The position numbers were made by a program, and so were the translations under genes. Shown here one piece after another: positions 49,450 through 63,559 of a stretch of DNA of 64,000 nucleotides. Numbering within the stretch: the stretch's first letter is position 1; the number at the start of each line of letters is the position of its first letter. The stretch spans positions 29,946,001-30,010,000 of the forward strand of contig OZ241832.1 in the NCBI GenBank assembly GCA_965202585.1, given 5' to 3'. Below the pieces are notes generated by a model. The model was not told the origin of the DNA. It did not search any database and saw nothing but the letters and a program-made list of their open reading frames with translations. The stretch comes from Thalia democratica. Lineage: Eukaryota.

Positions 49450-51650
49450 AGGTTATTTTAGTGTATTTTAATAACCATTTTGGCACATCAATATCCTCTC
49501 TAAATCATCTGATATTGAAAATAAAGTTTCATTTTTAATTGAAGTGTTGTTGTACACTATTGGGTAACAGTGTTTCATATTACAGGTGCTTAAAAAGCTA
49601 ACTTCATGATTTTGAAATCTTGATGTTTAGTCAAAATAGGTCGTATTATTTTTTAACAGTCTTCTTCCACTCTGCCTTGCGTCTAACTTTTTTTTTCACT
49701 TTCCTTATTGATATCTATTCTAACTTTTTGTGTAACTCTTCTGCTGTTTGAAAGACAATTGTACTTTATTATTTTTCTGTTTAAATGTTGAGACATATTG
49801 GTGATAAATTTATTTATTCGGACTATCTTTTGATTGGGAAAAATATTGTGTTTTATTACCTTGAATCACGATTCAGAGATTGAGTTTGTTGATCTATTTC
49901 TATCATTGTTATAACATATATTTGTCCACCACGGACTAATTATCATCTATTTTTTGGTACTATATTAGAAAATTTCAACAGACTAATGCGCATGTATTAG
50001 ATATTTATGTTATAGACCCAGGAATATAGTTTTGCTTATTTCATCGGTCTTATCGACGCTCTTTTTTTTTACGTTTTCAAATTTTCCTAGTTAATAACCA
50101 TTGTTTAACGAATTTACAAAGTCTCTTTCTAACAAATAAAGTTCCATGTTATATATATGTCTCTTCTATTTCTTGCTCTTTGTCACTGTTCGTATAGATT
50201 TTTTCAAAAGGTTTTGTTCTTTGCTTAAATAATCATTACAACTTCAAACTCATTTACCTTTTTATATAAAAGACCATCTACTTTGTTATCGATCACTTTT
50301 TTAAGTTGGCCTTGAACATAGTTTGAGGGACTATTGTAAATAATTTTTGAAAAATTGTTGCCAGTTTAATATCATCTGGCGGAGAAACTAGATAAGCTTC
50401 TAAATATGTCATCGTGTAAGACAAAAAATTCATTACACTTCATTTATGTAAGAATGAATTACCTTCAAATTCATTTTGCATTCTTAAAGTAAAAATTGAT
50501 CCTATCATGTTGATGATGAAGTTAATCATCATCAAAGAGAAGAACTGTTGAAAAATAATTAAATTTTAACAAATACAGCTGAGTCAATAACTACATAATG
50601 ATGCGATTGCAGTCTAATGACATCTTAATTGGCGAATTTTAAAAAGTTACCTAGTAAACTTTTCCTGAACAACGAGCTCTACAAAAAAGTGTGTGAGGAG
50701 ATATTCTTTAAGTCTCCTGTTTAGATGTCTTGTTCGTTGCAATATTATTTTAAGAAAGCTTTCTTTCAACACCTCATACAATTTATGTCAATTATTATGT
50801 CAAGTATTGCATACTTACATCGGTGTATCCATTTTTAGTCAATCTAATACATTTTCAACTTAAATTACTGTTTTCACTATAAATAAGTTTACACTCCTCT
50901 TCTGAAACTGGGATATGATATTTTCTTACTCATCTTCAGAACTACATGATTCTGAACTTATATTGCATGCTTGTTTAAGTTGTTATGTTAAGGATCAAAA
51001 TAGTTTTTTCTTCTTGTCCAAGTTGTCTAAGTCTTTGTTTTGTTTAAATAACAAAACAAATAAAAAACAAACTTGGAAATTGTTACGATAATTTTTGGTC
51101 CACTATAAAGCTTATGTGCTGTTGCTGTCAAGCCTAAGGGATATTATATTTTCCCCATCCAAGGACTAAATGTAATATTTATTGTTAATGAATAATAATG
51201 TACTACCATATTTTGTTTTAAAATTATGTTGCCTTTTGGCTTAAGGTTGCACCACATCGTCAGAAAAAAAATCATCAGAAAATTCTGACGTATCAGTGAT
51301 AAATTTAGTTATTTGGAGTTTCTCTTGATTAGGATATATTTTTTGTTTTACAACCTTCAATCACGATTCGAGTATTGAGTTTGTTGATCTATTTTTATCA
51401 CTGTTAGAATTTAATATTTTTGACCACAACGCACTAACGCCCATGTAGTAGTCATTTAGGTAAACAATAATCTCAGGAAGATGATATTTGTTAATTTCAC
51501 CAGTCTTTTCGGCGTTTAGCTCTTTTTTAACGTTTTCAAGTTCTCCAAGAAAGTAATGTTTGAAACTATTATTTAATAAATTTTGAAAGTTTTGATCTAA
51601 TAGATTAAATTTCATTCTGTTAATGTGATCTTTTTCCCTTTTTTTAATCA
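49450..51650 (-). pseudogene. Degraded NOF-FB-type Mutator-like transposase fragments
   Basis: ORF 51361..51651 reads NKYHLPEIIVYLNDYYMGVSALWSKIL...RSTNSILES followed by LKVVK (LWS...TNxxxESW/FxxxK, catalytic E). HYYSL...IP near 51150. Duplicate of the TNS region near 49880. Confidence 0.65.
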
Positions 51651-52099
51651 AAATGTTCTCGAAATTTTTCTATCAATTCTTGGTACAAAGCTTAAGTTTT
51701 GCTATTCAATCTTTCAGCCAAAAGTACATAACAATTAAACATCAGCAACTGTATCAGGTAGATCACTGTCATTTGAAAAAGGAATTTTTATACTGAGTAA
51801 ACAAATGTAATAGTCAAATAACAACTTATCTTTATATTTGTTGATTAAATAACCAGTACAGAACAGTTAACATGAATAATTGAAAAATTGCCATTTCTCA
51901 TTTCGATTAAAATAATTTCTAAAGCTTTTTAATGAATTATAAAATTCTCAAAGGGACACATGAAATTTCTCTATGTAATTGATTTTTTGTAATATTTTAC
52001 TTATCTAAATTAAGTAATTTCAAGTAGTAGGTCAAGATCCAACTTTTCATGTTTAGTGCGTAATTGTTTAATTTGCTTACTTAATTTGTTAAGTAGAAT

Positions 52100-54450
52100 T
52101 CTTAGGTATATCTGTAAAAATATCTGTACAAGCATTAACTTCTAGCTATTGTTGAGTCAGACATAGGAGTTGTGTCAGTTTTTTTTAATCTGCATTTCTA
52201 CCAAAAAAGGTTCTACAATTTTAAAGACCATCACTTTTATGTCTTGAGGACCAGTAAAAGGTTTTTTCTCTGCATTAAGTAATGTACTACTTCTTTTGTA
52301 GATAATATTGCAGGACTATTTGTAGTAAGTAATATTTAGTATTTTGAAAAAAATTGGAAATTATGCTCTACTTTCTCTCCTATATAGAGTTTTTCTAATT
52401 GTATTCTTTGATTGGAATCATTTACAGGCAGTATATCATTAGCCTTTTTAATATTTAAATTATCAAAAAGGAACCATAAATGATCTGGAAAATTTGTAGT
52501 TGATAAACCAATATTAAACTACATACTAATTACTTACTAAAAAGTGATTTTAACTAAATTAACATACATTAGATGTAAGCATTTTTTTTGCTTTATACAT
52601 AGAATAGACGTCCCAATAGTTTATCTCCCTAATATTTCCTGTACTATTCCTCTTCGCTGTTGTTATAAGTTAATATCTACTTTGATGTGGTTTGTTATCC
52701 CACAGAAATTGGACCTACAAAGTAACTGCTCTTTTTTAAGTTTGTTTTACAATAACATTAGGATAAATTAATTACTAACTAGTTTTTTAGGATATCTAGG
52801 TTGATTCTGTTCAAAATTTGGTTTTATTTTTCTCTTCCTTTTTTTTATTGGTGAGTCAGATTCTGTTGCTTTTTCATGGTTTTCTGTATTTGCATTTTAG
52901 TTTTCTTTTTTAACTTTGAAATGCCTGATACCTCTAACAGCACGAGTTAGCAAAAATTTAACACTATTTTGTTAAACTAAAAGTTATTATGTGAATCTTA
53001 ACAGTTGTTTCCCGGGCTTTGGCCGAACCAAAATACTTTGAATTTTTCTTATCTTTTCCTTCTGACGATTTTTTTTTTGTTTCCAAACCTGTTTTATTGT
53101 TTCAATTTATTTTTTTGTGTTGCTTGAACTATTTTTTAAGTAAGCTAATTCTTCTATATATGTTTTACTATCGTTGCAATATTCATTAGCTTTATGTTCA
53201 CATAAATTTGTTCAAGTTGGTTTACAAATTAATTCCAAAAAGCTGATTGTTTTGGTGGTGGTTATTTTACCTGCAGACTGTTCTAGGTGTACGGGTATGT
53301 CAAGCACTCTTGTTTTAATTATTTTAGATTTTTCCAGTTTGTGTGTTTTAAATAGAGGGTAGGCGTAGGCTAAATCATTACATTGAAAATTTTATGCTAG
53401 TGTACCTTTGATTTTAGTGTAGATTCCGTTTTTAATTGTTATTTCGACTGTGTGACCAAAACTTGGTTTACCTCCACTTTTGTATCTTACCATAAACAAC
53501 TCTTATTGGAGCTGCAACTTGATTGTGGCTAAATATTTCGAGCTATTTTTTCAATTCGAGGTTTAATGTCTAAGTCTTCACGCATCAACTCATCTACTTT
53601 AATAAGCTTGCATTTATTTGTTTTTGTTTTTGATGTCAACTAGACTTGAGAAACCTCTTTGTGCAAGATAGCTGGCAGCCGCAAAATGCACTGATTGGAA
53701 ATAAGAAAAAAAGATTACCCTTTTCACAACCCTATCTCAAAATTTGAATAAAAATTGTTACTTTCAACAGTTGTACAGTCTATATGAAAATTTAAGTCCT
53801 TTAAATATAATGATAGATTATTAACTTGCTTGTTTATTTCAATTAAACTTTCTAAAAAATGTTTAGACTCAAATTCTGAATGAAAAACGACCCCCATATG
53901 GTCATAAAGTTTTTGGCATTAACTAAATCATTGCAACTTTGTAGCCTTGCAAAACAAAATACAAATTTGTTTTTATTATACCTTTTGTTGGTTACCATAC
54001 TTAGATAATTTGTGATAGCTTTTATTGTATGGGCACTACAAAGATGGATAATTATAAAATAAGAAAAAGCTAAAGCTTTTTTGACCTTTGTACTTACCTC
54101 AAATGATTTTTGTAAATATGACATAAGGTCACATTTATTGAAAAACTCAACTGATGTATGAACAAAGGCCCATGAGAAGTCCACCTCAATTTTTTTTACA
54201 AGTTGTGAACTGCGCAAATTTTGATCAAGTAATTGTGAAAATTTCCCTAGCCAAACTTTTATAGAATGAGTTGAATGGTCAGTGAGTATGGCACACTCAT
54301 TTCAGGACAAACCTCGAAAGAAACTTATATACTAGGCAAACAGACAGAGTATTAAAAAGGTTGTGTATCTTTAAATTTATTTAATAAACTTCCAGTACAA
54401 TCAAGTTGCAAACTATTTTGATTAAAAACTATTGTTTATTTTCTTGTTTT
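52100..54450 (-). pseudogene. Second degraded NOF-type MULE transposase copy
   Basis: ECAILTDHSTHSIKVWLGKF...KIEVDFSWA (second D)...NKCDLMSYL...IIHLCSAHTIK (CxxH) in and just upstream of ORF 53852..54217. Downstream frames are broken. Confidence 0.7.
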
Positions 54451-55214
54451 ATACACTTAAATGCATCTTGATGTACTAGAATTAATCTTTAGGAGGTGTG
54501 ATCTTTCTCTTATAAATTTCACTGTTATTGTAAATGTTGTAATAAACGCTCGTTTATAATTATAATAATTACCCCTTATTTAGACGACAATTGAGCCTTA
54601 CCTCCCTTTCTATTGCTTTTAAAGAAGAGTACTAGAGTTTTGTGACTTGAAACTATAGGAAAAGATCTAGTCTTTTTTGGTCCATTATAAAGCTTATGGG
54701 TTTTCAATTACAAAGTTGCGCGTTTGTTTTTATTTAAACTAGCCTTTTTATTGAGGACGCTAGAACCCTACATACATATCTATTATTTTTAAAGAAGTGT
54801 ACTAGAATTTTGTGACTTTTTGTTTTATGTTATTTTATCAAATAGATCACTAAAGTTTGTAGTGATTCAAAATGCGGTCAATCTTATTGGCATACTGGAT
54901 CCCTGTTCTGTCACACTTGACACTTGGTGGAAGCAAATTTTTATTAAAAGTGTATTTGTATTCATCATCTTTAATGCATTTTTTGATATTAATGTTATTA
55001 CTTTCTTCAACTGAATAAGAAAAATGGTCGCTTTCAAAAACTTATTTATACAAACAATCTATAAACTCTTTATTTATACTATTCAATTCAAAACTACCAC
55101 CAGTAAATATAAAGTCACCCTCATTAGAAAAAAATGCTTGAAGTTTGTTTGATGATTGTTTAATTTTATCAAACTATCAATTAACTCTAATGGAGTTAAA
55201 GTTTCTAGTTCTAA

Positions 55215-56480
55215 ATGATGTTTTATTCTAGCGTTGGCTGACTCTGCACAATTGTTTGTTATTGCCGATCACTGCTGCATTTACAAAACTTGTTTAGTGT
55301 GTATTACATAATTTTTGAATACAGAATACATCTTTTTTACATAATCTTGAACATTTTTATTACTATTTATATAATATTCAGAGCTTGTTATAAAAGCATA
55401 TTTATCATTGAATTCTTCTATTTTTTTACATTTAGTCAAACTACCTAGAAAAAATTTTAAGTTAGGATTACTTTTAAGTTTTTGTGAAATGTTTTTTCTA
55501 CATGAATACAACAATAAAATGTGTCAATGTTATTAAAGCATTCTTTTACAGCTAAAACTATTCATCCTTCCTGATCTGTGCGTCCTGAAGTCAATGTTGC
55601 TGTTTTCGTATAACAGATGTTCTATATTTTCTTTTTAAGTAAAGTTTGTTTTAAAAGCAACATTTTAATAGCTTGAAAATATTAGATTTTGAAAAATATT
55701 TACCTAAACATAAGTTTAAGAAGGAGAGATTTACTATTTTAGATATGTTTAAAAAGTTTTTATTCATATTGATAATTACGATTTAAATTTTTTACAACTA
55801 TTACCACATACATTGTTTTTGACTAGGTTTAGTCTTCTTATTTTTATTGGTATTTTGGTGATTTGGAACACCGAATCTTTGCAGTTCAATTTTTTCTTGG
55901 TCAAAAATTCCTTTCCATTTCACATTACAGTCTTCAACACAATGTCAGCATAAAGCATTATTCTTTTTTCGTGTAATAAGTATTATGAAACTTGTGTTTG
56001 TGGCAACATTTAATTTTTTCGTGCAGTTTAGTGCAGTAGGACCTGTATTGAGAAATAAAAACAATAAAAGCGCTTGGAATCTTATTTCAATTTTAACTCC
56101 TAATTTTTAAAATGTTCTTTTGAAGTTTTACTTTCTATTTTGTAATTTTATAACAACAATTCGAATTTAGAAGTTCGATTTAAAACTTTATTAAGATTCA
56201 GCTACTTAGCAAGTTTTCCTTTACTTTTGTTGAGCCTTTTAAAGGCAACTGGTCAATGAGAAAATCCTCTTTGTCAAACTGCTGCCATACTTAGCTTCAT
56301 AGCGTTTCATTTGCTGAGCCAAACTTTCCAAGATTTATTAAACGCTATTAGTCAAAGTTGGTCCGGTAGGATAACTTGCTTATTCCCCCCTTTTGCAACA
56401 ACTGCAAAAAAAGTGGATATACTCAACATCATTTTGAGTTTCAGAGCTGTTTCTAATTATTTATTTATTTACAATCTTTT
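55215..56480 (-). pseudogene. Degraded MULE DDE transposase (copy lacking the hAT insertion)
   Basis: SGRTDQEG, ORF 55281..55514 (FLGSLTKCKKIEEFNDKY) and TNNCAESANARIK. Collinear with 33650-36070. Confidence 0.72.
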
Positions 56481-57399
56481 AAATATCAGGGTTTTTTTAA
56501 ATATAGAACCCTATCATGCTGATTCCAAATTTCAATAGGAAAGGTAGGCTGACTACTGGAAGCTATAATTTAGTATTAGCTTGTAACTTTTATATTCAAA
56601 AAATATTTAATTATGTAATATATTTCAAGCTTAAACCCAGTGGTTGACACATTTACAAAAAAAAGTATTAAAATATAAAAGCTTCAGTTTATTTCTGTAA
56701 GCATTGTATAAAACTGAACTTGTCAAAAATCTAGAACACAACGAATCATGTTGTCAACAACCCTTCTGAAGATTTGTTTTTTTGCAAAATAAATGCTATT
56801 TTTGTATTATCAATTTCATTGATTTACTAATTCTAGAATTATGAAAAGACCTTTCAGGTAAGAGATCTATCCAAAAACCTAATCTGGAAAAACATAATTT
56901 TATATGTAACTTTCTATCATTTACATACTGACAAAAATAACAACTTGTAAATGAATAACAGTATTTTATAACCTTTAGTTTTTACTAAGAGACTCATAAA
57001 ATACAAATTGGTTCATAGAACAGTTAAAAGATTTCAAAGTAATGGCGTGCGTACCCAATGCATTGCTCAAATTTAAGTTATTTTCTTGCGGTGTTATCTT
57101 TAATAAATTTTGGTTGTTGTCCTTTTTTATTTTCGTTTAGCTAGATTTTTTAACCCTCTATTGTGGATATATTTCATTAAAAATTGTTTTCCTTCATAAC
57201 TTTTTGAAACTAAACTTTCAACATCAAAACCTTCTAGGGAAAAATGTATTTTTGTTATTAATGCTTCATTCGGTTTACTTACAGCAAACTGATGCACTAC
57301 CAGTATAATTTTTTATAATTTATTTTAATTGGTGTTACTTTCCTGGTCATTAACATCAAGATCAAAATTAAAGTTTATGATATTTATTTACAACATATT

Positions 57400-58350
57400 G
57401 GAAAAGTAAAACATTTTCTATGTCATAATCAAAAAAGGAAACGTTTAGGTATTACAATTTGTTAAAAGAAATAAAGAGAAATATCTTTGTTAAGGCATTT
57501 CTGTTTGATGTTATTTATCAAATGGATCACAAAAATTTGTTGTGATTAACAATGCGGTCAATCTTATTGGCATACTTGATCCCCGTTCCGTGACACTTGG
57601 TGAAGCAAGTTTTCATCAAAATTGTATTTGTATTCATCAACTTTAATGCATTTTTTGAATACAGACAAACTAAATTTCTCAATGCAACTGGCTTCTGAAA
57701 GAAGAGTTGTTGTGTTTAAAGGTGAGTAAACAAGTTACCAAGCAAAATTTTTGTTACCCAGAAGTATGGAGTTAGTGGCCTTTTCCCCGAGCCACTAGCT
57801 CAATACAGAGTGTTTGCGAGATATCCTTATAGTTTTCATAAAAAGCTCACAGGCAAGTGCTGAAAGAGCAATGAGACTCCTTTTTTATTACAACACCACT
57901 CTAAACACAGCATTCAAACTGATTTATATTGTCAAGAATTATTGAAAGGAGTAAGCAATCTATCTGAAAATCTTAAGTTGGATAACTTTATTTCTCTATT
58001 CACTGTATGTTGAAGATGGTTTGACTGTATCACATCATTGAAACTCAATTTATATTTTCTTACAAGTTATCAGACAACAGCTTTTCGTTTATTTTATCCG
58101 TTGTTATCCTAGTTGATGTAACCAGAATTTTCTTCAATTGCAATGAGCATCAAGTCAACTTTTTTTATCTCTTTCAAGTGATCAGACAACTGTTTGACAT
58201 TTTCTTCACCCTGCCTGTGTTTGCCACCCAGGGCTTGTTTTACATTTGATTCAGATTCAGTGTAATACTTGCAAATTAAAAGCCTGTTTAACTTATCTAG
58301 TTTTATGTTTTCCATTCACTCCACTTTTTGATTTTATCCGGAGTATACTT
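57400..58350 (-). pseudogene. Degenerate transposon-associated coding remnant (possibly vertnin/OTU-like)
   Basis: GIKYANKIDRI block is duplicated at 54830-54990, and LLICKYxTES...LGxKHR is duplicated at 38340-38460. The domain assignment is only a weak resemblance. Confidence 0.3.
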
Positions 58351-59329
58351 TTGGATGGACGTCTTTAACAAAACTATCTTTTTTATTTTATTGATTTTCT
58401 ATAGTTTATTTCAATAATGTGTAGCCGTTGGCTACGTTTTGAAATTTTTTGGTACTTATATCAGAAAATTTTCTTTAAAGATTTGAAATTTGTTAAGGGT
58501 CTTTAAATAAATTGTAATTATTTAGATATATTTTGCTAGGAGATTTATCTTTATTCAATATTTAAGCTGTTGTTTGCTCGTTGCAACAAAGACAATTATT
58601 TTTGATATCTATAAAGTTTATTACTTAAAAGTCATTAGTGTCAAAGACCTGCATATTTTGAATTATTTGTTCTTCCAAATAGTTTGATTGTTGTACAATT
58701 TATATCATTCAAAAAAATTTTCTAAGCAAGATTAGCAACAAATTTTTAAATATTTTGGTCAAGACTATTTTCAAAATTATGCTTTTTATCATCTCCTTTA
58801 ATTTTAAGCAGTTACAAAAAAATGTGTATGATCATTATTATTATCTGTTACAAATGATTTTTTTAAATATATTATCATTTAAATTCTTTTAGTACTTGAA
58901 AAATTTGTACAGTTTTAAATGACTTGAATATTTAATACTTCGATATTTTTATATGTTTCTATAGTTGAATTAACGACACGCCATGAAAAATTATACTTAA
59001 CATTTTTGAATTAATGTTATTTATTGGTATGTTTCTCTAGCAATTGAGGGAACTTACCTATATATTTTTTTATTTAGGTGGTGGTATAATCGGTTAAAAC
59101 CGCATTAGCAACTGTAGCAGGTAGAAATATAGGTAATAAAAGAAATATTTTTCAATATTAAAAGTCCTGTCTACACTTGAAACTGAACTTTTAGTTGAGC
59201 AGAACATGTGGCCATGTCACAAACTCTGTGAAAATAAAGGTTAAATTAGTAAAACACATACATATGCATTTCTAAGCTCCTCACATTTTACAAAATAAGG
59301 TATATAAGATTTATAACTGCGCAGTTTAT

Positions 59330-59720
59330 TCAAGCATTGAAACTTATAATTCCTAACTATTGCACTAAGGTAGTCAAGTGTTTCCATCAATTGATATCTT
59401 TCCACAACTTTTTTGATCCTTTCCTCTCTTTTTCGAATGTCATGTCCTTTCCAGGAAGAGGATCTTGCCGCTTTTGCAACCAGCCTTTCTTGCAGAAGTC
59501 AGCCCTTGCTCTCTCTTTAATGACTTAATGCACTTAAAATCACTCGGATTTGCGCAGTTGAACTTATTCTGAAGACTTCTGTACCAGCCTTTCAGAGCAT
59601 TGTTAGTTTAATGCTCTCCTGACAGTTTTTGAAGGTACACAATCCATAATGAAATAGGAAACAAGGGATGATGGTTGCTTACTGGAACTCCCTAGGTATT
59701 GTTTCGTAAAAATTCTTCAC
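59330..59720 (-). pseudogene. MULE transposase C-terminal remnant (TNNxxEGWH type)
   Basis: Minus frames give TNNALKGWYRSLQNKFNCANPSDFKCIKSLKREQG and RIKKVVERYQLMETLDYLSAI. Confidence 0.65.
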
Positions 59721-59849
59721 ACATTTGAAGATGTCTTTTGCTTTGGTTGTTCTCTTAAGATCTTAACAAAATAGTCCTTTTAATTAGAGAGAGATTTTCA
59801 AGGGACTAGCTTTGATATTACCAATAACTTGGTCCAAAATATCACTAAT

Positions 59850-60960
59850 TTGACTCTGATTAACATTATTTGATAATAGTACTAATTCAAGATATTTTGA
59901 AGCTTCTTTTCCCAGAACAACTTTTGTCATTTTAATACACATAGATTATCACCACTTCAGCATTTGTATTCTCAAGATTTATTATTTTTAAGTTTATTAG
60001 AGAGCCACAGATCATCTACATCACACTGTTGAAAAGACACACCATCTACAACCTCATAAGAGTGACAAGCTCTAACAAAAAATGCAACAACACCAGATTG
60101 ATTACTATTAGACAATTTATTTACAAAATCATATCCATACATCTTACCTACAAAAGGTCTTAGATTAATTAGCCACGTTTGACACACACAAATCACATCA
60201 GGTAACCCCTCAACTACACTCGAAAGTCATCATTTTTATAAATATTTGCATTCAAGCTTCTTATATTCATAAAAACAATACTAATACAATTTTTTGTTAA
60301 ATTTCACACTATACAAATCTAAGTTACTCTCCTTGTTTATTTTAGAAATACTAGGCTTAACAGATTCATAAAAACAATCATAATTAAATTTATTAATATC
60401 CTGAAAGGAGAAAACAGACTTCTTTTATATATCACAATAAAACTTGTAATCCCCTTGTTTGTATAGGCTTAGTTTCATTTCATTTTCAGAAGCACACTCA
60501 CATTTTTTGGAACCATAAAAAACAAGATAAAACATTTTCTAAGTTTTTTTCAACTAAAATACATTTAAAACATACAGATATTTTTAGTTCACAGGTTTTA
60601 CAAAAAATGGATAAATCATTTTTCACATTTCCGCAAACCTTTTAATTGATACAAAAGAACATTTAAGATGTATCCATTTAAAACAGCCTTCACATAACAA
60701 ACAATCATCTTAATTAGAAAAATCTTTATATAAGATTTGCAGAAATCATCACTCCCAACATTAATCAATCCAAGGTTATTTACACAGTCTATAGAATAAA
60801 AAGGATCTTCATTGACAACATATAAACTAAACTCATGTTCAGATATTCCACAACAATTTAAATGGAACTATCTCTGTATGTTGTGATATTATCAAAACAA
60901 ATGGAATTAGTTTTTGGAGGTTCAAAATCTTCTTGACATACACTGCATACAAAATCAATA
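59850..60960 (-). mobile_element. CR1/L2-type LINE 5' remnant (ORF1 piece and APE endonuclease start)
   Basis: ORF 59972..60196 reads ICVCQTWL...GYDFVNKLSNSNQSGVVAFFV (ETWL / GGGV-type APE motifs). A Cys-rich CSVCQ start near 60950 fits a PHD-type ORF1. Confidence 0.65.
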
Positions 60961-61369
60961 GTTACTAAACTATACGCACCCGTCTAAATATATTTAGTAT
61001 AAAGACAAGCCAGTTAGTTATAAGTTATTTTTTATAATATTTTTAGATCTTTTACACAGCGAACTAAGATAGCCTTGCTTGATTCCTTATACACTATCAA
61101 AAAAAAAAAAAGATCACCAGACTACTAAAAGAAGTTTTAGTCATTATTTTTTTGGAACCTTATTGTATGGTAAAGAAGATCCCCGGCTGAACAGATTCTC
61201 ATTAATGTACACCTTCTTAATATTTTTGCTGATGAAGTTAAGATTAGCAATTGCAAACTTTTTTTTCTCGTACATGATCTTAACCTTCTGCTCAAACGTA
61301 TTTTTGCATTTAAGGAAATAGAGATCTAAAATCATTTTTTTTAACACTCATTTCTTTTCATACTCCCTT

Positions 61370-62170
61370 TAAATGGTCCTTAAGGTCTCCACAGAATCAT
61401 TTTACCATTCAGGTATGTATCCAATGGTTTAAAGGATTGACAAAACTAAAACTTTATAATGATTGACTTTATAATGGAAACAATCCATCTACCCGTTGGC
61501 GTCGACAAGATTACTTATGTTGTTGTAGGCTGACCAGGAATCTTTCATTATAATTGATCCTTTTCTTATGTGTTTTTTAATGACCGGCTCAAGGTTTGCC
61601 ATGTTCCTTATACCGCCTAACCAAGCGAAACTCGAAAAAATATACTTCAAAGGAGAAATTCCTATTTAATACTAGTTTAAAACTTTTTAAAACCAGGAAG
61701 AAAATGTTGTTTGGTCTTTTCACCATCCACGTTTTGTCTTATGTCAGTACATTCAGAATGGAAATATTTTTCAAAACTATTTCTTTAAGACATTTGAAAA
61801 ATATTTTTCCAATAAATGAACTAAATCACAAGTGCCTTACTCATCATGACTGTTTTTATCTTTTATATTTTAACATTTACTAGGTTCTCAATCTAATTGT
61901 ATGCAGACCAGGAGTTGCTCATAATTGTTTTTTTACCTTTCTGATATGTTTTACAATTAATGTTTCTGATATGCTTTACAAGCATGCATCTTCTAGCTAT
62001 TGTGGAGCCAGACATAGAAGTTGTGTCAGCTTTTTAGCTGGATTTCTACCAAAAAATACGACATTTTTAAAAACAATAATTTTTATATCTTAAGCATCAG
62101 TAAAAGGTGTTTTTCTCTGCATTAAGTAATGAGCTACTTCTATTGAAGAAAATATTGCGAGACTATTTTT
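61370..62170 (-). pseudogene. Merlin fragment followed by NOF/MULE-related fragment (repeat of the 36100-36570 blocks)
   Basis: CCGTTGGCGTCGACAAG at about 61494 and GCATGCATCTTCTAGC at about 61982, in the same order as at 36320-36390. Confidence 0.6.
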
Positions 62171-63559
62171 AGTAAGATCTTTTAAGTGTTTTTGAAAATT
62201 TACCGTGTTCAAGAATTTAACTTAAGAGTAGTTTTTTAAAAACTGTTCAGATTTATACTGCTGTTTTACCTATTTTGACACAAAATTTTATACTTTTCCT
62301 AAAAATTCTTTAACTGGATGAAACTGAATACTTCTAATTTTACCTATATTTAGTTAAAGTCTATTTTCTTCAAGCCAGTTTGAGACTTTTTGAAGTTCAA
62401 AATTAAGGTTGTCCACTGTCTTGTAAATATGTGTTTTTACATGTTCTATCCAGTAAGGTATCGTTTGCACAGTTTAATACTTTTAAACTAGTATTGTTTT
62501 GCGAGTCATTAATGTGTATAATAAATAAAGGAGGTCCTAGGTCCTGAACCTTGTGGTACTCCTACGTCAATTTTATTCTTCGGTTTTATTTTCAAGGAAT
62601 CAGTATGAAACCAACGTCTGCATTCTTTTTATTAGCAGAGAGTCATATATTATTGTAAAAAACATTTTATATAAAAAAACACTTTATTAGCAAACTATAT
62701 ATTCATATTTTATTTTTTAATTTTTCTTCTTCGTCGAAACTTGTTTTTCCACATTGCTTAATTTTGCCAACAAATCGTTGCTTTTCACTTTTTTCTTGCA
62801 AATACTTACTAAGCTATTTTAGTGTTAAAAACATTATACATGGTTCATCAGATGTGTGTTGGTTTTAAAAAATATAATTATTGCATACACTTCTTAATAA
62901 CAGGCAAATCAAATTCATCTTTTATTAAACAATTTTTTTTTCTATAACAGTTCTTCATCTTAGGTTCATTACTTATCTGTTGACTAACAAGTTACATTAA
63001 AAGCTTTTACCTCTTGATATTAGTTTTAAACAAAACTACACAACAAATATATTTTGTTTTGATTAAATTGTAAATTGGTCTTGAATTAGAATTTACATAC
63101 TTCAGATTTAAAAAACAAGAATCATCATTTCTCTTTCAATATTCGTTTTTTTCTTTGTTTTTAAATTTTCACATATTGACTTGAAAGAAGTTCTTCTAAG
63201 ATTTTTTGCTCGTTATTTACCAGTAAAAGCTATATTGATTTTTTTTTTCAACTTCATAACAAGCAAGTATATTGCCTAGTCTTTTTCTACTGTACTTGAC
63301 GTTTTCCTTTTATATCCCTGTTCAAGAAGATTACCAATATCTAACAATTTTCTCAGTTGTACAAATTATTAATCTATTTCATTTTTAAGTAGCAAAAGTT
63401 TTCTTCATGTGGATAGAGCAATTGTATATAATTTGTATTCAAACAGCCCAACATGTTTTTTTCATTCCTTTTTTACAAGTAATTGCTCAAAGTAGCAAAA
63501 AATGATGGCTTAAAAATTGCCTTTCCGAAAAATAAACTTTTTTAGATATGAATTATGAA

